From assembly GCA_943787795.1 (NCBI GenBank), contig CALSNU010000004.1:704001-768000 (forward strand): a DNA stretch of 64,000 nucleotides, given 5' to 3'. The stretch is from an uncultured bacterium. GTDB taxonomy: Bacteria; Planctomycetota; UBA1135; GCA-002686595. Below, in pieces: positions 18,981 through 29,348 of this stretch. The notes beneath the pieces were generated by a model. The model made no database searches and was not told the DNA's origin. It saw only the letters and a list, made by a program, of their open reading frames with translations. The translations under genes were made by a program, and so were the position numbers. How positions within the stretch are numbered: the stretch's first letter is position 1; the number at the start of each line of letters is the position of its first letter.

Positions 18981-19306
18981 CGGTGAGGGGCGCGGGACTG
19001 GGCCCTGGCCGCAAGTCAGGCGAACCGTAGCTGCGGCTCGGGGCGGGCGGCACGCGAGCATCGGTGCGACGCGACGAGATGGCCGTCGGCGAGCCCGGCC
19101 TGAGGACTCGCCGACGTTCAGAGTGCGGTATTGAGGAGCACGGCCAGGTAGCCCGCACTCACGGAGCACTCCAACTCCAGCCCGGAGTCTCTCGCCGGAT
19201 ACCACCGGCATCGCCGAGGTGCCCCCCTCCCGCTCGTGGACGCCCGAGGGAACGGAGTCCGTCCTCGTCCTGCGGTGAACCCGGCGCTTGTCCGGGGTCG
19301 CCTGAC

Positions 19307-19840
19307 TCAACCGAGATCCGACGACCCGCGGACCCAGGCCTCGGCCCGATCACAGGCCGCCCGGATCGTCTCGGCGCGCTGCGCAAACGCCGTATGCATG
19401 CGCGCCGGGTCGGGGACGTAGCCCACCCGGAGGAGGTCGAGCCGATCCGCGTCCCAGCAGGCCATCACCTCCGGGTCGAGGGTCACCAGCCGGCCGCTGT
19501 GGTGGCGGCAGGCCTGCACGACCCGCTCGAAGCCGAGCTCGTCCAGGGGCAGCACCCCGCCCTGCTCCCGGAGCTCCACCGCGAAGTGCGCCGCCCGCGC
19601 CCCGTGCCCCGAGTCCCGCCCCTCGTCCTCCCGACAGGCGTCGTGCAGGAACGCGAAGCAGCGCGCCACCAGCGGGTCCGTCCCCTCCGCCTCGCAGATC
19701 AGCGACGCGTTCAGGTACACCCGCTGCCAGTGCGTGGGCCCGTGGTACCCCTCGGGGTCGAGCACGAACCGCTCCCGGCTCGCATCCAGCAGCGGCTGCA
19801 GCGCGGGATCGGGCGAGCACCAGGAGTCATCGGGGATCAT
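19307..19840 (-). CDS. HD-superfamily phosphohydrolase
   Basis: HGPTHWQRV, FAFLHD, HGARAA, CRHH, CWDADRLDL. Confidence 0.85.
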   Translation of the reverse strand: MIPDDSWCSPDPALQPLLDASRERFVLDPEGYHGPTHWQRVYLNASLICEAEGTDPLVARCFAFLHDACREDEGRDSGHGARAAHFAVELREQGGVLPLDELGFERVVQACRHHSGRLVTLDPEVMACWDADRLDLLRVGYVPDPARMHTAFAQRAETIRAACDRAEAWVRGSSDLG

Positions 19841-19971
19841 GGCGGAGTTGCGCGAGTCACTGCCGTGTCAGCCAGAGCGTGCAGGCGAAGAGCAGATGGA
19901 ACAGCCAGGGCGCACGGCAGAGCCGCGCGCCCGGAACACTGGCCTCCCAGGGAACGGCGACCGACAGAGGC

Positions 19972-20601
19972 TCAGTCGCAGAAGGTGACCTTGCCCGAGG
20001 CGACGTCGTAGACGGCGCCGCGGATGGCGATATCGCCGGCGGTCTCGAGGTCACGCATGACCTCGCTCTGGTCGCGAATGGCCTGGACGGTGAGCTCCAC
20101 ATTCTTCTCGACCACGGCCTGGACGAAGTCGCCGTTGGCCGAGGTGCGGGAGGCGGCGTCGGCGGGTTCAGGGACCGCGTCCACGGCGGGCTGGATCTTG
20201 CCGAGCATGCCGGTGAGGTGGCCGAGCTCCGCGCCATCGCAGGCGCCCTTGACGGCGCCGCAGGCGCTGTGGCCCAGGACCAGCACGAGCTTGGACCCCG
20301 CCAGCTTCGTGGCGAACTCCATGCTGCCGAGGAGGTCCTCGTTCACGAAGTTGCCGGCGATGCGGGCGCTGAAGATGTCGCCGATGCCCTGGTCAAACAC
20401 CATCTCCGCCGGGACGCGGGAGTCGATGCAGGAGAGCACGACCGCGAAGGGGGCCTGGCCCCCGGCCGTGAGCTCCACCTGCTGAAGCAGATCCCGGTCT
20501 TCAGCCGTACGAGCGAGAAAGCGCTTGTTGCCCTCGGCGAGCATGGAGACCGCCGTCTCAGGGGTGATCTGCGCCTGCGTTTCCTTGTTCTGAGTGATCA
20601 T
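19972..20601 (-). CDS. beta-class carbonic anhydrase
   Basis: LSCIDSRVP, RIAGN, LGHSACGAV zinc ligands; start set at MITQNKE because the longer ORF runs over the tRNA. Confidence 0.93.
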   Translation of the reverse strand: MITQNKETQAQITPETAVSMLAEGNKRFLARTAEDRDLLQQVELTAGGQAPFAVVLSCIDSRVPAEMVFDQGIGDIFSARIAGNFVNEDLLGSMEFATKLAGSKLVLVLGHSACGAVKGACDGAELGHLTGMLGKIQPAVDAVPEPADAASRTSANGDFVQAVVEKNVELTVQAIRDQSEVMRDLETAGDIAIRGAVYDVASGKVTFCD

Positions 20602-20697
20602 GACCAAGAAAATGCCGTGCGCAGCGCGAGCCGTCAACGCTGTCTCGCGGCACCGGTAGGCAGCCGCGATCCCGCCGAGTATCCTCTCGCCCAACAA

Positions 20698-20774
<77 letters not shown>

Positions 20775-20889
20775 CTCCACCGCTCCCCAGCGACGCTCAG
20801 CCCACGCTGAGGGCCTCCGGATGGAGCCGTCGGGGCCGCCCGAGGGACTCGCTCCATGGGCCCGCCCCGTGGGCTCCTGCGCAACCTGT

Positions 20890-20946
20890 GGGGTTCCCAA
20901 GCGGCGGGGTTCCCCAGCGGCGGGGCTCCCCAGCGGCGGGGCTACC
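20890..20946. repeat. 16-bp tandem repeat, ~3.5 units
   Basis: GGGGYTCCCMAGCGGC x3 plus a partial unit. Confidence 0.8.
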
Positions 20947-20992
20947 AAACCGAGGCGCTCCCGGCTCGTGAAGCGCCGGAGTGGGCGCCCGC

Positions 20993-21355
20993 CTACTTGC
21001 GCAGGATGCTCTCCATCTTCTTCCCGCGCGCGAGCTCGTCCACGAGCTTGTCCATGTAGCGGACCTTTTGGGTCAGGGGGTTCTCGATCTCCTCGACGCG
21101 ATAGCCGCAGATCAAGCCCTTGATCAGCGAGGCATTGGGATTCAGCTCGGCGTCGTCGAAGAGGGCCTCGAAGGTCGACCCCTTCCTGATGTGGCCGTTG
21201 AGCTTGGCCTTGGTGAAGCCGGTCAGCCACTTGAGGACCTTGAGCAGGTCCGCCTCCGTGCGTCCCTTCGCCTCCACCTTCTCAAGGTAGAGCGGGTAGA
21301 TGGAGGCGAAGGTCATCTTCGCGATGCGTTCGTCGTGGCTGAGTCGGGGGGTCAT
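20993..21355 (-). CDS. DUF2200 family protein
   Basis: MTFASIYPLYLEKVEAKGRT...WLTG...IKGLICGYRVEEIE...RYMDKLVDELARGK. Confidence 0.9.
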   Translation of the reverse strand: MTPRLSHDERIAKMTFASIYPLYLEKVEAKGRTEADLLKVLKWLTGFTKAKLNGHIRKGSTFEALFDDAELNPNASLIKGLICGYRVEEIENPLTQKVRYMDKLVDELARGKKMESILRK

Positions 21356-21485
21356 TCGGATCATGCGCCTGGACCGGCGCTCGAGGAGTATGCGAGTAGG
21401 AATGCCGATGGAGGAGCGGGGATGCGCAGAGGGAGGGGCGTCGCGTTGGGGAGCATGGCGCAGCACCGGAGGGCAGAGCCCGGTC

Positions 21486-23204
21486 CTACCTCAGGGTGAC
21501 CTCGCCGCAGGGGACGGTCACCCGGACGGGCTCACCCAGTCCCTCGGCCTCGAGGACGTAGGTCCCGGCCGGGAGCACATCGAACGTGCACCTGCGGCTG
21601 GCGTCAAGCGCCCGGTTCCTCGGCCCCTGGTCCCATCGAAGGACCTCGTCCTGGTCCGCGGCCGACAGGGAGATGGCCGCCCCCTCGGGCAGCCCGGGGG
21701 CGACGACCCGCAGTTCGTGGAGCGTGGGGACCTGGAAGGTGACGGGCGAACTCGACGCGAGCACGTCCACGAGCTGCCAGGCGACCAGGGACTCCTCGAG
21801 CACCGCACCGGTCCGCGACCAGGCAAAGAGCGTCACGCGGTAGCGCCCTGGGGTGAGGCTCTCGATGCTGCCCTCGGTCCGGCTCGGGTCGCCGAACGTG
21901 ACGATGCTCCCGAACCGCGACTCAAGGCTCGGCTCGCCGTTCTGGATCTGGTCGAGGCTCACGGCCCGCGCGGCGAACTCGCCTTCCTCGAAGTCCTGGA
22001 GCCGGACCACGATCGAGCAGGCCGCGCCGAAGGCGACGCTCACCGTCGTCTCGCCGGGCTGAAGCTGGGTCCTGAGCTGTCCGTGATCCCTGTGAGTCGA
22101 CAGGAGGGTGTATCGAGCGTCCGGGTCCGTCGGGTCGAAGAACTCGCCCCGCTCGTCCGGGAACCAGACGCCGAGGGGCCCGTCCGCGGGGAGCGTCCTG
22201 AGACCCCGGACCACCTTCGACTCCCCGCCGCGCGTTCGCTCCAGGGAGAAGCGGACCTTCCCGGGGTCGGCGACGCGCTTCCCCTCGGGGTCCGTCACGG
22301 TGACGCTCAGCCGGCGGTCGTCCGCCGGCCGGCATACCAGCTCCGCCCGTGTGATGGCGTCACCGACGGTGACGATCTCGTACCCAAAGAGCTCCCCGAA
22401 GACGCTCGAAGCCCCGACCGCGTAGAGGCCGGGCTCGAGGTCCATGAAGGCCCAGATCCGATCGTCCGGCCCGCTCTCGACGTACCCGAAGCCGTTCTCC
22501 GTCGGGTCCGCGTTGGCGAGCGCGTCCTCGTCCAACTCCTCGCCGGGCGGCATCGGCAGGAGCCGGGGCCAGGGGCGCCCCTCGCCCTCCAACTCCCAGG
22601 ACACCTGAAGGCCGCTGCGCTCTCGGCCGACCAGGGCGAGCCGAGGATTCGGACCCGGGGCGAGATCCACGATCTCGAACGGGCTCGCCACCGCCGCCTG
22701 GAACGGCTCGTCGAGGTCGGGGTCCTCGAAGAGGCCGGCGTAGCCGCGCAGCTTGTACCTCCCGGGCGTCAGGAGGAGTTCGTCGTCGTCGGAGGACCAG
22801 TCGATCTCCTCGTACCTGATGCTCGCGTCGTACTCCCCCTTCGCGGCGGCCTCCTCGGCCGCGCTGAGGATCCTGCTCACGACGATGACGCCGGAGGGAT
22901 AAGGCTCGCCGTCGGGGCCCTCCAGCGAGACCGGCAGCATCGCCTGGCCCGGGGGAATCGCGGCCGACTCCTCGGGCTCGAAGGCCGTTGGCTCCACGGA
23001 GCCCTGCATCGGCCCGGCGTCCACCCGCTGGCCGTCGCCGGCCGCCTCGACCGCGGCGATCGACTCCCCCGGGCCCCCTTCGGCCCCCACCGCAGGCACA
23101 CCGGCCCGGTCGATCAGAGCGGTGGGAGGGTCGCCCGACAGGGCCGCCCATAGCGCCACTGCGGCGACGGCGAGACAGAGGATGGCGGTGGCAGGCCTGG
23201 CCAT
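21486..23204 (-). CDS. exported protein with repeated carboxypeptidase-regulatory-like (prealbumin-fold) beta domains
   Basis: Signal/anchor MARPATAILCLAVAAVALW; repeated LTPGRYKL, LEPGLYAV, LTPGRYRV, LPAGTYVL motifs. Confidence 0.7.
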   Translation of the reverse strand: MARPATAILCLAVAAVALWAALSGDPPTALIDRAGVPAVGAEGGPGESIAAVEAAGDGQRVDAGPMQGSVEPTAFEPEESAAIPPGQAMLPVSLEGPDGEPYPSGVIVVSRILSAAEEAAAKGEYDASIRYEEIDWSSDDDELLLTPGRYKLRGYAGLFEDPDLDEPFQAAVASPFEIVDLAPGPNPRLALVGRERSGLQVSWELEGEGRPWPRLLPMPPGEELDEDALANADPTENGFGYVESGPDDRIWAFMDLEPGLYAVGASSVFGELFGYEIVTVGDAITRAELVCRPADDRRLSVTVTDPEGKRVADPGKVRFSLERTRGGESKVVRGLRTLPADGPLGVWFPDERGEFFDPTDPDARYTLLSTHRDHGQLRTQLQPGETTVSVAFGAACSIVVRLQDFEEGEFAARAVSLDQIQNGEPSLESRFGSIVTFGDPSRTEGSIESLTPGRYRVTLFAWSRTGAVLEESLVAWQLVDVLASSSPVTFQVPTLHELRVVAPGLPEGAAISLSAADQDEVLRWDQGPRNRALDASRRCTFDVLPAGTYVLEAEGLGEPVRVTVPCGEVTLR

Positions 23205-23346
23205 GGGGTGAATTCTATACGCCGGCGCCCAGGTCACCAGGGATCCTCGCCCGAGCCCCTCCCGGCTTCGTCGAGGGAGCTGAATCGGGCCAAGTGGCCC
23301 CCTGAGCTTGGAATCCAGGCGCCTCGGACCGGATAGGATAGGGGCG

Positions 23347-23778
23347 ATGTTCTCCTCGCTCCTGTCCTGGACCGCCGTCGGCCTGGCCGCGCTCGTCGCC
23401 GTCCTGGTCGCGGTGCGGCACCACGAGGAGAGCTCCCGACGCGCGCTCCTCGCCGCGCTCGCCGTGCCCGTCGGCGCATCGGCGCTCTTCTTCACCCTCG
23501 CGCTCCACATGCACCGGAGCCTGGGCGGCTGGCCGGAGACCATCGGCAACCGCGGCTTCCCCGAGGGCCTGCTCCAGCACGAGAGCGCGGCCTTCACCGC
23601 CTTCGGCATCCTCCTCGTCGGGCTGCTCCTCTCCCCCCTGGCGCTCCTCCTCTGCGCGGCCGCGCCGAGGCTGCGCGGTGGCCTCTCCCCCATCGCGACC
23701 TACGCGACCGCCAGCATCGCCGCCCTGTTGCTCACGAACCTGGCGCCCGATCCGTTCCTCTACTGGTGGTGGGATTGA
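23347..23778 (+). CDS. hypothetical membrane protein
   Basis: Four hydrophobic segments; LALHMHRSLGGWP, FLYWWWD end. Confidence 0.7.
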   Translation: MFSSLLSWTAVGLAALVAVLVAVRHHEESSRRALLAALAVPVGASALFFTLALHMHRSLGGWPETIGNRGFPEGLLQHESAAFTAFGILLVGLLLSPLALLLCAAAPRLRGGLSPIATYATASIAALLLTNLAPDPFLYWWWD

Positions 23779-23830
23779 CCCCATCGCGCCACCGCGCGCG
23801 ATCTTCCCGCCGAGCCTGCCCCTCCTCAAC

Positions 23831-24271
23831 ATGCTGAACCTCCTCAGACGATTCGTCGGCAACACCCCCGCCGTCCCCGCCGTCCTCGTCGGCCTGGGGG
23901 TCGGCATGGCCGTCAACATGGCGTTGATCCAGCTCAACTCCACGGTGCTCTACCCGGCGCCGGAGGGCATGGACATGAACGACCCGGAGCAGCTCCAGGC
24001 CTACATGGACACGCTCCCCGCCGCGGCCTTCCTCGTGGTCATGGCCGCCCACCTGGGCCAGGCCCTGATCGGCGGCTGGCTCGCCGCCTGCCTCGCCGTC
24101 AAGCGGCCGGTCCTCCTCGCCCTCATCGTCGGGGCCTTCACCATGGTCGGGGGGATCATGATGATGACGATGGTCACCGGCCCCGCCTGGATGATGGTCG
24201 AGCTCCCGCTCTACCTCCTCCTCCCCTACCTGGCCGGCCGCAGCGTCGCCCGCTCCCGAGGCGGCACATGA
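23831..24271 (+). CDS. hypothetical membrane protein
   Basis: Four TM segments; YPAPEGMDMNDPE loop. Confidence 0.75.
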   Translation: MLNLLRRFVGNTPAVPAVLVGLGVGMAVNMALIQLNSTVLYPAPEGMDMNDPEQLQAYMDTLPAAAFLVVMAAHLGQALIGGWLAACLAVKRPVLLALIVGAFTMVGGIMMMTMVTGPAWMMVELPLYLLLPYLAGRSVARSRGGT

Positions 24272-24366
24272 CGCCCCACCGGCTGCGACTAGTCGCAGCC
24301 ACGCGGCCCCGTGGGGGCCGCGCATCACCCGAACGCCGCGCCCTGCGCAGCGCGAACGGAGGCCGA

Positions 24367-25314
24367 CTACCGATCCCGCGAGCTCGGCGCGTAGCGCCCG
24401 TCGGGCAGGACTCGAGGGACCGCTAAGGTGGGGTCCGTGAGCAGCTCCACCACCGCGGGATCGCGGGCGGCCAGGAGCTCGGGGGTCGGACACTCCCACT
24501 CGTGGGCGATCTCCTCCGCGCGGCCGTGGAAGGCCTGGCCGCCCAGGTGCGAGGTCAGGGCCCAGTAGAGGTACTCGGCCGCCATGCACTCGTAGTCGCA
24601 GGTGCGGTCGTCGTAGTGGTACCAGGCGGCCTCGGGGTAGCGCCGGGGAACGCGGCGAAAGCGGCCGCCACGGGCGAGGTCCATGGCGTCGGTGAGGCGC
24701 GAGCCGGGGCGGTAGCCGAGGGCCTCGGGGTGGGCCTCGACCCAGCCGTTCGAGACCAGGTGCAGGACCTCCTCGAGGGCCGCGTCGAAGCGGCCGGGGC
24801 CCATGACGTGGGGCGGGCCGGCGGGGAAGGTCTCGTCGCCGTAGAGGTCCTGGCCGATGTGGAAGCCGGCCTCCTCGAGCTCCTCGAAGGAGAGGCTCTC
24901 GTGCAGCTCCTCCATCTCGTCCTCGGTGGCGGGCATGACGAGGAAGGCGCCGCCGGCCACCAGCGCCGCGTAGGCCGCCGCGTCATCGGGGAGACCGTCC
25001 TCGTCGTTGTCGATCCACTCGGCGAGGATCGTCCCCGCGTGGGCGACCTTGGCGGCGCCCGTGGTCGGCGTCGCCACGACCAGGACGCCGAAGACGTCCA
25101 GATAGCGGTCGAAGTGGGGCCGGAACACGGAGAGCCGCCCCGACTCCGGGATCTGTCGCGGCGTGAAGTCCGCGGGGGAGCCGTCGAAGAAGCAGGGCGC
25201 CACGGCGGCGCCGGACGGCGCGCCTGGACCTCCGCCCTCGCCGCAGGCCACCGAGATCGCGGCGAGCAGCGAGACAGAGAGCAGGCGAGCGCCAGAGGAG
25301 GTCACCGCCCCCAC
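24367..25314 (-). CDS. hypothetical lipoprotein with zincin-like EExxH motif
   Basis: Lipobox SVAC; DNDEDG; LEEVLHLV...AEYLYWA. Confidence 0.7.
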   Translation of the reverse strand: MGAVTSSGARLLSVSLLAAISVACGEGGGPGAPSGAAVAPCFFDGSPADFTPRQIPESGRLSVFRPHFDRYLDVFGVLVVATPTTGAAKVAHAGTILAEWIDNDEDGLPDDAAAYAALVAGGAFLVMPATEDEMEELHESLSFEELEEAGFHIGQDLYGDETFPAGPPHVMGPGRFDAALEEVLHLVSNGWVEAHPEALGYRPGSRLTDAMDLARGGRFRRVPRRYPEAAWYHYDDRTCDYECMAAEYLYWALTSHLGGQAFHGRAEEIAHEWECPTPELLAARDPAVVELLTDPTLAVPRVLPDGRYAPSSRDR

Positions 25315-25317
25315 GCG

Positions 25318-25662
25318 TCAGTCCTCCCAGACACCTAGCTGGGCGCCCCCGCCAACATAGATAGCGAACGTCCCCTCGCCGGGGAGCTCGAGGGCAGGGT
25401 GAATGACCTCTGCGCCCCGGGCCTCGGCGGCGGCGACCGCAGCGCTGGCGTCCGAGACGTTGATGTAAGGCCGGACGACCGGCACCTCGGCCTCGTGCAT
25501 TGGTGCGCGCACCCCGAGGCGCCCTCCCCCCTCGAGCTCGACCGTCCTCGCGCCACCGAGCGCGGCGCAGGGTTCCGAGAAGCTGGCCCCGTGCGCAGCC
25601 TCGAGGGCCCCGCACGTCGCCGCCACGTCCACGGTCACGATTTCCAGATAGCCGATCTTCAT
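25318..25662 (-). CDS. VOC/glyoxalase family protein
   Basis: YLEIVT, PYINVSD, GAEVIHPALELPGEGTFA, QLGVWE. Confidence 0.8.
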   Translation of the reverse strand: MKIGYLEIVTVDVAATCGALEAAHGASFSEPCAALGGARTVELEGGGRLGVRAPMHEAEVPVVRPYINVSDASAAVAAAEARGAEVIHPALELPGEGTFAIYVGGGAQLGVWED

Positions 25663-25849
25663 GGCAGCATCCTCACCGGGCGCTGGGGGCAACGCAATAG
25701 ACGCCGGGAGCGGTTTCCCAAGCACATGACCGTCCTCCAAGAATCCTCCGCCGACCGCGACCCGAAGCAGGGAGTACAGCGCCCAGCCCTGCTAGTCTGC
25801 TCACCCAGGGCTCCAGGGTCCCAAGCCACCACAGCACCGCGCCACCCCC

Positions 25850-27127
25850 ATGACGGCTGACCAACATCCCAGTCCGGAGGACTACGCCCACCAGGCGAAC
25901 CGCCAGGGCATCGAACTCCTGCTCTCCACGGCGAACCGCAGTAGCGGCGACCTCGAGGAGAACCTCCAGAGTGCGTTGGCGCTCGCGACGAACTTCTTTG
26001 GTCTGTCCATCGGCATCGTCAGCCGGGTCACCGGCGACGACTACGTCGTCGAGTGCGTCCATCAACCGGACGGCGTGGGGATCGAGGTCGGCCAGCGGTT
26101 TCCTCTGGGCAACACGTACTGCGCGATCACGCTCCAGGCCAACGACGTGATCGCAATCGAGGACATGCGTTCGTCCGCCTTCAACGAGCACCCCTGCTAC
26201 GAGGCCTTCCGCCTCGAGGCTTACCTCGGCGTTCCGATTCGGTTGGACGGTGAGCTGTATGGCACGCTCAACTTCTCCTCCCCTGACGCGCGGCCGAGGC
26301 GGTGGACCGAGGCCGACCGCGACCTCGTTCGCCTGCTCGCCCTCTGGGTCGAGTCTGCGATCTCTCGGCACCGACTGAATGATCAGCTCGCCACGGTCGT
26401 CCGAAGACAGGAACAGTCCAACCGTGACCTCCGGGAGCGGAACGAGGACCTCGACTTCTACGCGCGCCACGCGAGCCACGATCTCCAGGCCCCTCTCAAG
26501 AACATCCTCGCGCTCATGGAGCTCTTCGAGATCGAGGAGGGCATCCCGCCGCAGGTGTCCGATGACCTCGGCCTCATCCGGGACGAGGTCGACCGGATGC
26601 TCGGGATGATCCAGGGCATCCTCCGCTTCAGCCGCTCCAGCCGGGCCGAGCTTGAGCCCACGTCGGTGGACTTGGGCACCTGCTGCGCAGAGGCGCTCGC
26701 ATCTCTCCGCGAAGAGGTGGAGCGGACCGGCGCGAAGGTCTCGCTTGGCTCGATCCCCGAGGTGGCTGGCGACGCATCGCTGCTGAGCCAGGTCATGCAG
26801 AACCTCATCGGAAACTCGATCAAGTACCAGCCGGCTGGGCAGCAGCCTGAGATCTCGGTCTCCGGCAGGGAGGACGGGGGCATGGTCCTCGTGAACGTGA
26901 CCGACAACGGAATCGGCCTGGATGAGGCGAAGGCTGACATGGTCTTCCGGCCCCTCGGACGGCTGCACCAGAACGACCAGTACGGGGGCAGCGGCCTCGG
27001 GCTCTCGATCTGCAGGAAGATCGTGCGCCGCCACGGCGGCGAGCTGAGCTATCGCTCCACCCCAGGTTCCGGGGCGACCTTCACCGCTTCGCTCCCCGCC
27101 GCCTCACACAGCGCCCCCCGAAGCTGA
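25850..27127 (+). CDS. cytoplasmic GAF-domain sensor histidine kinase
   Basis: GAF (TYC...YLGVPI..DGELYGTLNF); H-box ASHDLQAPL; QNLIGNSIKY; DNGIG; GSGLGLSIC. Confidence 0.93.
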   Translation: MTADQHPSPEDYAHQANRQGIELLLSTANRSSGDLEENLQSALALATNFFGLSIGIVSRVTGDDYVVECVHQPDGVGIEVGQRFPLGNTYCAITLQANDVIAIEDMRSSAFNEHPCYEAFRLEAYLGVPIRLDGELYGTLNFSSPDARPRRWTEADRDLVRLLALWVESAISRHRLNDQLATVVRRQEQSNRDLRERNEDLDFYARHASHDLQAPLKNILALMELFEIEEGIPPQVSDDLGLIRDEVDRMLGMIQGILRFSRSSRAELEPTSVDLGTCCAEALASLREEVERTGAKVSLGSIPEVAGDASLLSQVMQNLIGNSIKYQPAGQQPEISVSGREDGGMVLVNVTDNGIGLDEAKADMVFRPLGRLHQNDQYGGSGLGLSICRKIVRRHGGELSYRSTPGSGATFTASLPAASHSAPRS

Positions 27128-27187
27128 CGCGACAGGCCGGAGAGGGCAGAGGAGGCTGACCTCGCGCGCTTCGCTCGAGCGGCGCCC

Positions 27188-27234
27188 CGGGGCCACAGTC
27201 GAGGCCACAGTCGGGGCCACGTTCGGGGCCCACA
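27188..27234. repeat. 12-bp tandem repeat, ~4 units
   Basis: CGRGGCCACAGT-like units in an intergenic region. Confidence 0.7.
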
Positions 27235-27290
27235 AACTCCCGCGGTTCTGTGGCAACGCCGGGTCGCTGTGCGGCGAAGACAGCAGCGTC

Positions 27291-28478
27291 ATGAGCAGCA
27301 GTCATCGAGCCCTGGACGCTCCCACCTATGCGCGCGGTCGCCTCCAGCTTGGCATCGCCGGGGTCGGCACCATGGTCCTCCTCGCGGCCACCTTGGTGGG
27401 CCTCCGCCTGCCCGCCGCGATCTTCCCGGACGCTGGCGGGTCCTTCATCGGGGACCTTCGGGCGTTGCTCGGCTGGTCCGTTGGTCTGGCGCTGGTCACG
27501 CTGCCGGTCGAGGCGTTAGGCGGCTTCTTCGTACCGAGGGCCTTCCGGCGCCGCCACCCGTCCCTTGTGACCTGGATCCTGGGCTGGCTGAGGGGAGCGC
27601 TGGTCGTGGCGGTGCTGATGTCGGCCTGCGGGGCGACGACCCTCGCGGCAGCGCGAGCCGCCGGATCGGGCGCCGCGATCGGTGTGTTCGGGATCCTCCT
27701 GTTCGCGCTCCTGTTCCTCCAGCTCCCGATCGCGCGCGCCGTCGCAGGGCTGCGCGCGAGCCAGGCAGGGCTCGGCGCCATGGAGGAGGAACTGAAGAGC
27801 CTCGGCGCCAAGGCCCCCGCCATCACGGTCCTGGAGGCCGAGGATGAGGGCTTCACGGGGGGTATCGCAGGGCTCCCGGGGCGCGAGACGTGCGTGCTCC
27901 CGGTCGCCTGGGTTGGACGGTTCGAGCCGCGCGCGCTGGCGCTCCTCGTGGACCGCCGGGCCCGCATCGTCAGCGGTGGCCTCCGAGCAGCAGGGGTGGC
28001 CCTGGCCGCCCTGTGGACCCTGGGTACCTTCGCTGCGGCGACCACCCTCCCCGGCGCAGGCCTCGCCTCCGTCGCTGGCTTCGTCGCCACCTCGCTCTGG
28101 TTCAGCCTCTTCTCCTTCGTCGGCCTCCTCGTGCTCCCCACACCGAGCCGAAGGGGCACCCGGGCGGCCGATACCCGAGCGGCCGCGGAGCTCGGAGACG
28201 ACGACCGAGCGCTCTTCGCCGCGACGCTCAGCGCCCTGGATCAGCTGCAGGATGATGAGCCCGAGCGATCGGCATCCGTCGAGAGCATCTTCCACCCGAT
28301 CCCGTCCCTCGGCTCTCGCCAGCGTGCTCTCGGAGAGCCCCCTCGAGGGCTCGCGCCCTGGCACGTTGCGCGCACCGCGATCTACCTCTCCATCGCCGGC
28401 ATGAACCCCCTCCACCGCCTGGTCCACTGCAACGTGGGCCGGCCCGAGCTGTGGGCCTTCCTCCCCTCGGACGGATAG
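27291..28478 (+). CDS. multi-pass membrane protein, M48/Ste24 peptidase-like topology but no HExxH
   Basis: Multiple TMs; GFTGGIAGLPG, SRRGTRAADTRAA, IFHPIPSLGSR resemble M48 blocks. Confidence 0.6.
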   Translation: MSSSHRALDAPTYARGRLQLGIAGVGTMVLLAATLVGLRLPAAIFPDAGGSFIGDLRALLGWSVGLALVTLPVEALGGFFVPRAFRRRHPSLVTWILGWLRGALVVAVLMSACGATTLAAARAAGSGAAIGVFGILLFALLFLQLPIARAVAGLRASQAGLGAMEEELKSLGAKAPAITVLEAEDEGFTGGIAGLPGRETCVLPVAWVGRFEPRALALLVDRRARIVSGGLRAAGVALAALWTLGTFAAATTLPGAGLASVAGFVATSLWFSLFSFVGLLVLPTPSRRGTRAADTRAAAELGDDDRALFAATLSALDQLQDDEPERSASVESIFHPIPSLGSRQRALGEPPRGLAPWHVARTAIYLSIAGMNPLHRLVHCNVGRPELWAFLPSDG

Positions 28479-28560
28479 GGGCCAGCGAGGCTCTCCATCA
28501 CGGACAACGCCCGCGACCTCCCGAGGGAGATCGCGGGCGTCGCCATCTCGGGGCCCGCAG

Positions 28561-28620
28561 CAGCGGGCCGTCGATCAGCAGGCCGTCGATCAGCGCGCCG
28601 TCGATCAGCGCGCCGTCGAG
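28561..28620. repeat. 15-bp tandem repeat x4 overlapping the stop codon of the adjacent gene
   Basis: CAGCRSGCCGTCGAT units. Confidence 0.85.
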
Positions 28621-29348
28621 AGGGCGACCGGGCCGATCCAGGCGTGGTAGGACATGCGCTCGTCGTCCGGGCAGACCTCGCCCATGAACATGCGAGCGTC
28701 CTCGACGTCCGTACAGTCGAGGATGGTCATGCTGCGGCCGGCGAGCGCGCCTTCGACGCAGTCACCCTGGCAGAGCACCATGGGCCCGAGCTTCCCGAGG
28801 GTGGCGCGCATGGCCAGCGAGCTGGGGCCGGTGACGACCACGTACGGCCGGCGGATGGCGTTCCCGCTGCCGCTCATGACGGCGCTGCGGACCATCGAGA
28901 GGTCCGTGGTGGTGACGAAGCGGGAGGCGTCGTTCCTGTAGAGCCCCGTCCCGCTCGCGGGTCCTTCGCAGCAGCGCTCGAGCGCCGAGGCGGTGTCGTC
29001 GGTGTCGAAGAACATGAGCTGCCGGACACCGCTGTTCCCGCGCGGCGCGACCACAGGGCCCGCCGCGACGAGGGAGCCGTTCATGTGCAGCCAATCCACG
29101 AACGCCGCCTGCTCGGAGGAGATCGCGGTCATCTCTGCCGACGTCGGGACCTCGTTGGCGTCGATGAGGCTCGTCGCAACGACGGTGTAGGCCTGGCCCT
29201 CAGGGCTGTACGCCGAGCCAGCGGCCGCCATGTCGACCTGCACGGCTGAGGGTTCGGCGCCGGTCTCAATGGAGGCACTCAGCTCAGGAGAGGTGGAGCA
29301 GGCTGCGAGAGCGAGGCCGGTCACGAAGATCGCCGGGAAGATGCGCAT
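28605..29348 (-). CDS. hypothetical lipoprotein (possible YciI-like fold)
   Basis: MRIFPAIFVTGLALAAC lipobox; GSLVAAGPV. Confidence 0.7.
   Translation of the reverse strand: MRIFPAIFVTGLALAACSTSPELSASIETGAEPSAVQVDMAAAGSAYSPEGQAYTVVATSLIDANEVPTSAEMTAISSEQAAFVDWLHMNGSLVAAGPVVAPRGNSGVRQLMFFDTDDTASALERCCEGPASGTGLYRNDASRFVTTTDLSMVRSAVMSGSGNAIRRPYVVVTGPSSLAMRATLGKLGPMVLCQGDCVEGALAGRSMTILDCTDVEDARMFMGEVCPDDERMSYHAWIGPVALSTAR

Noticed and set aside
23290..23316. GCCAAGTGGC-cccctg-AGCTTGGA resembling a seventh repeat copy
   Set aside because: Needs a 6-bp insertion and lacks both flanks; plausible by chance.
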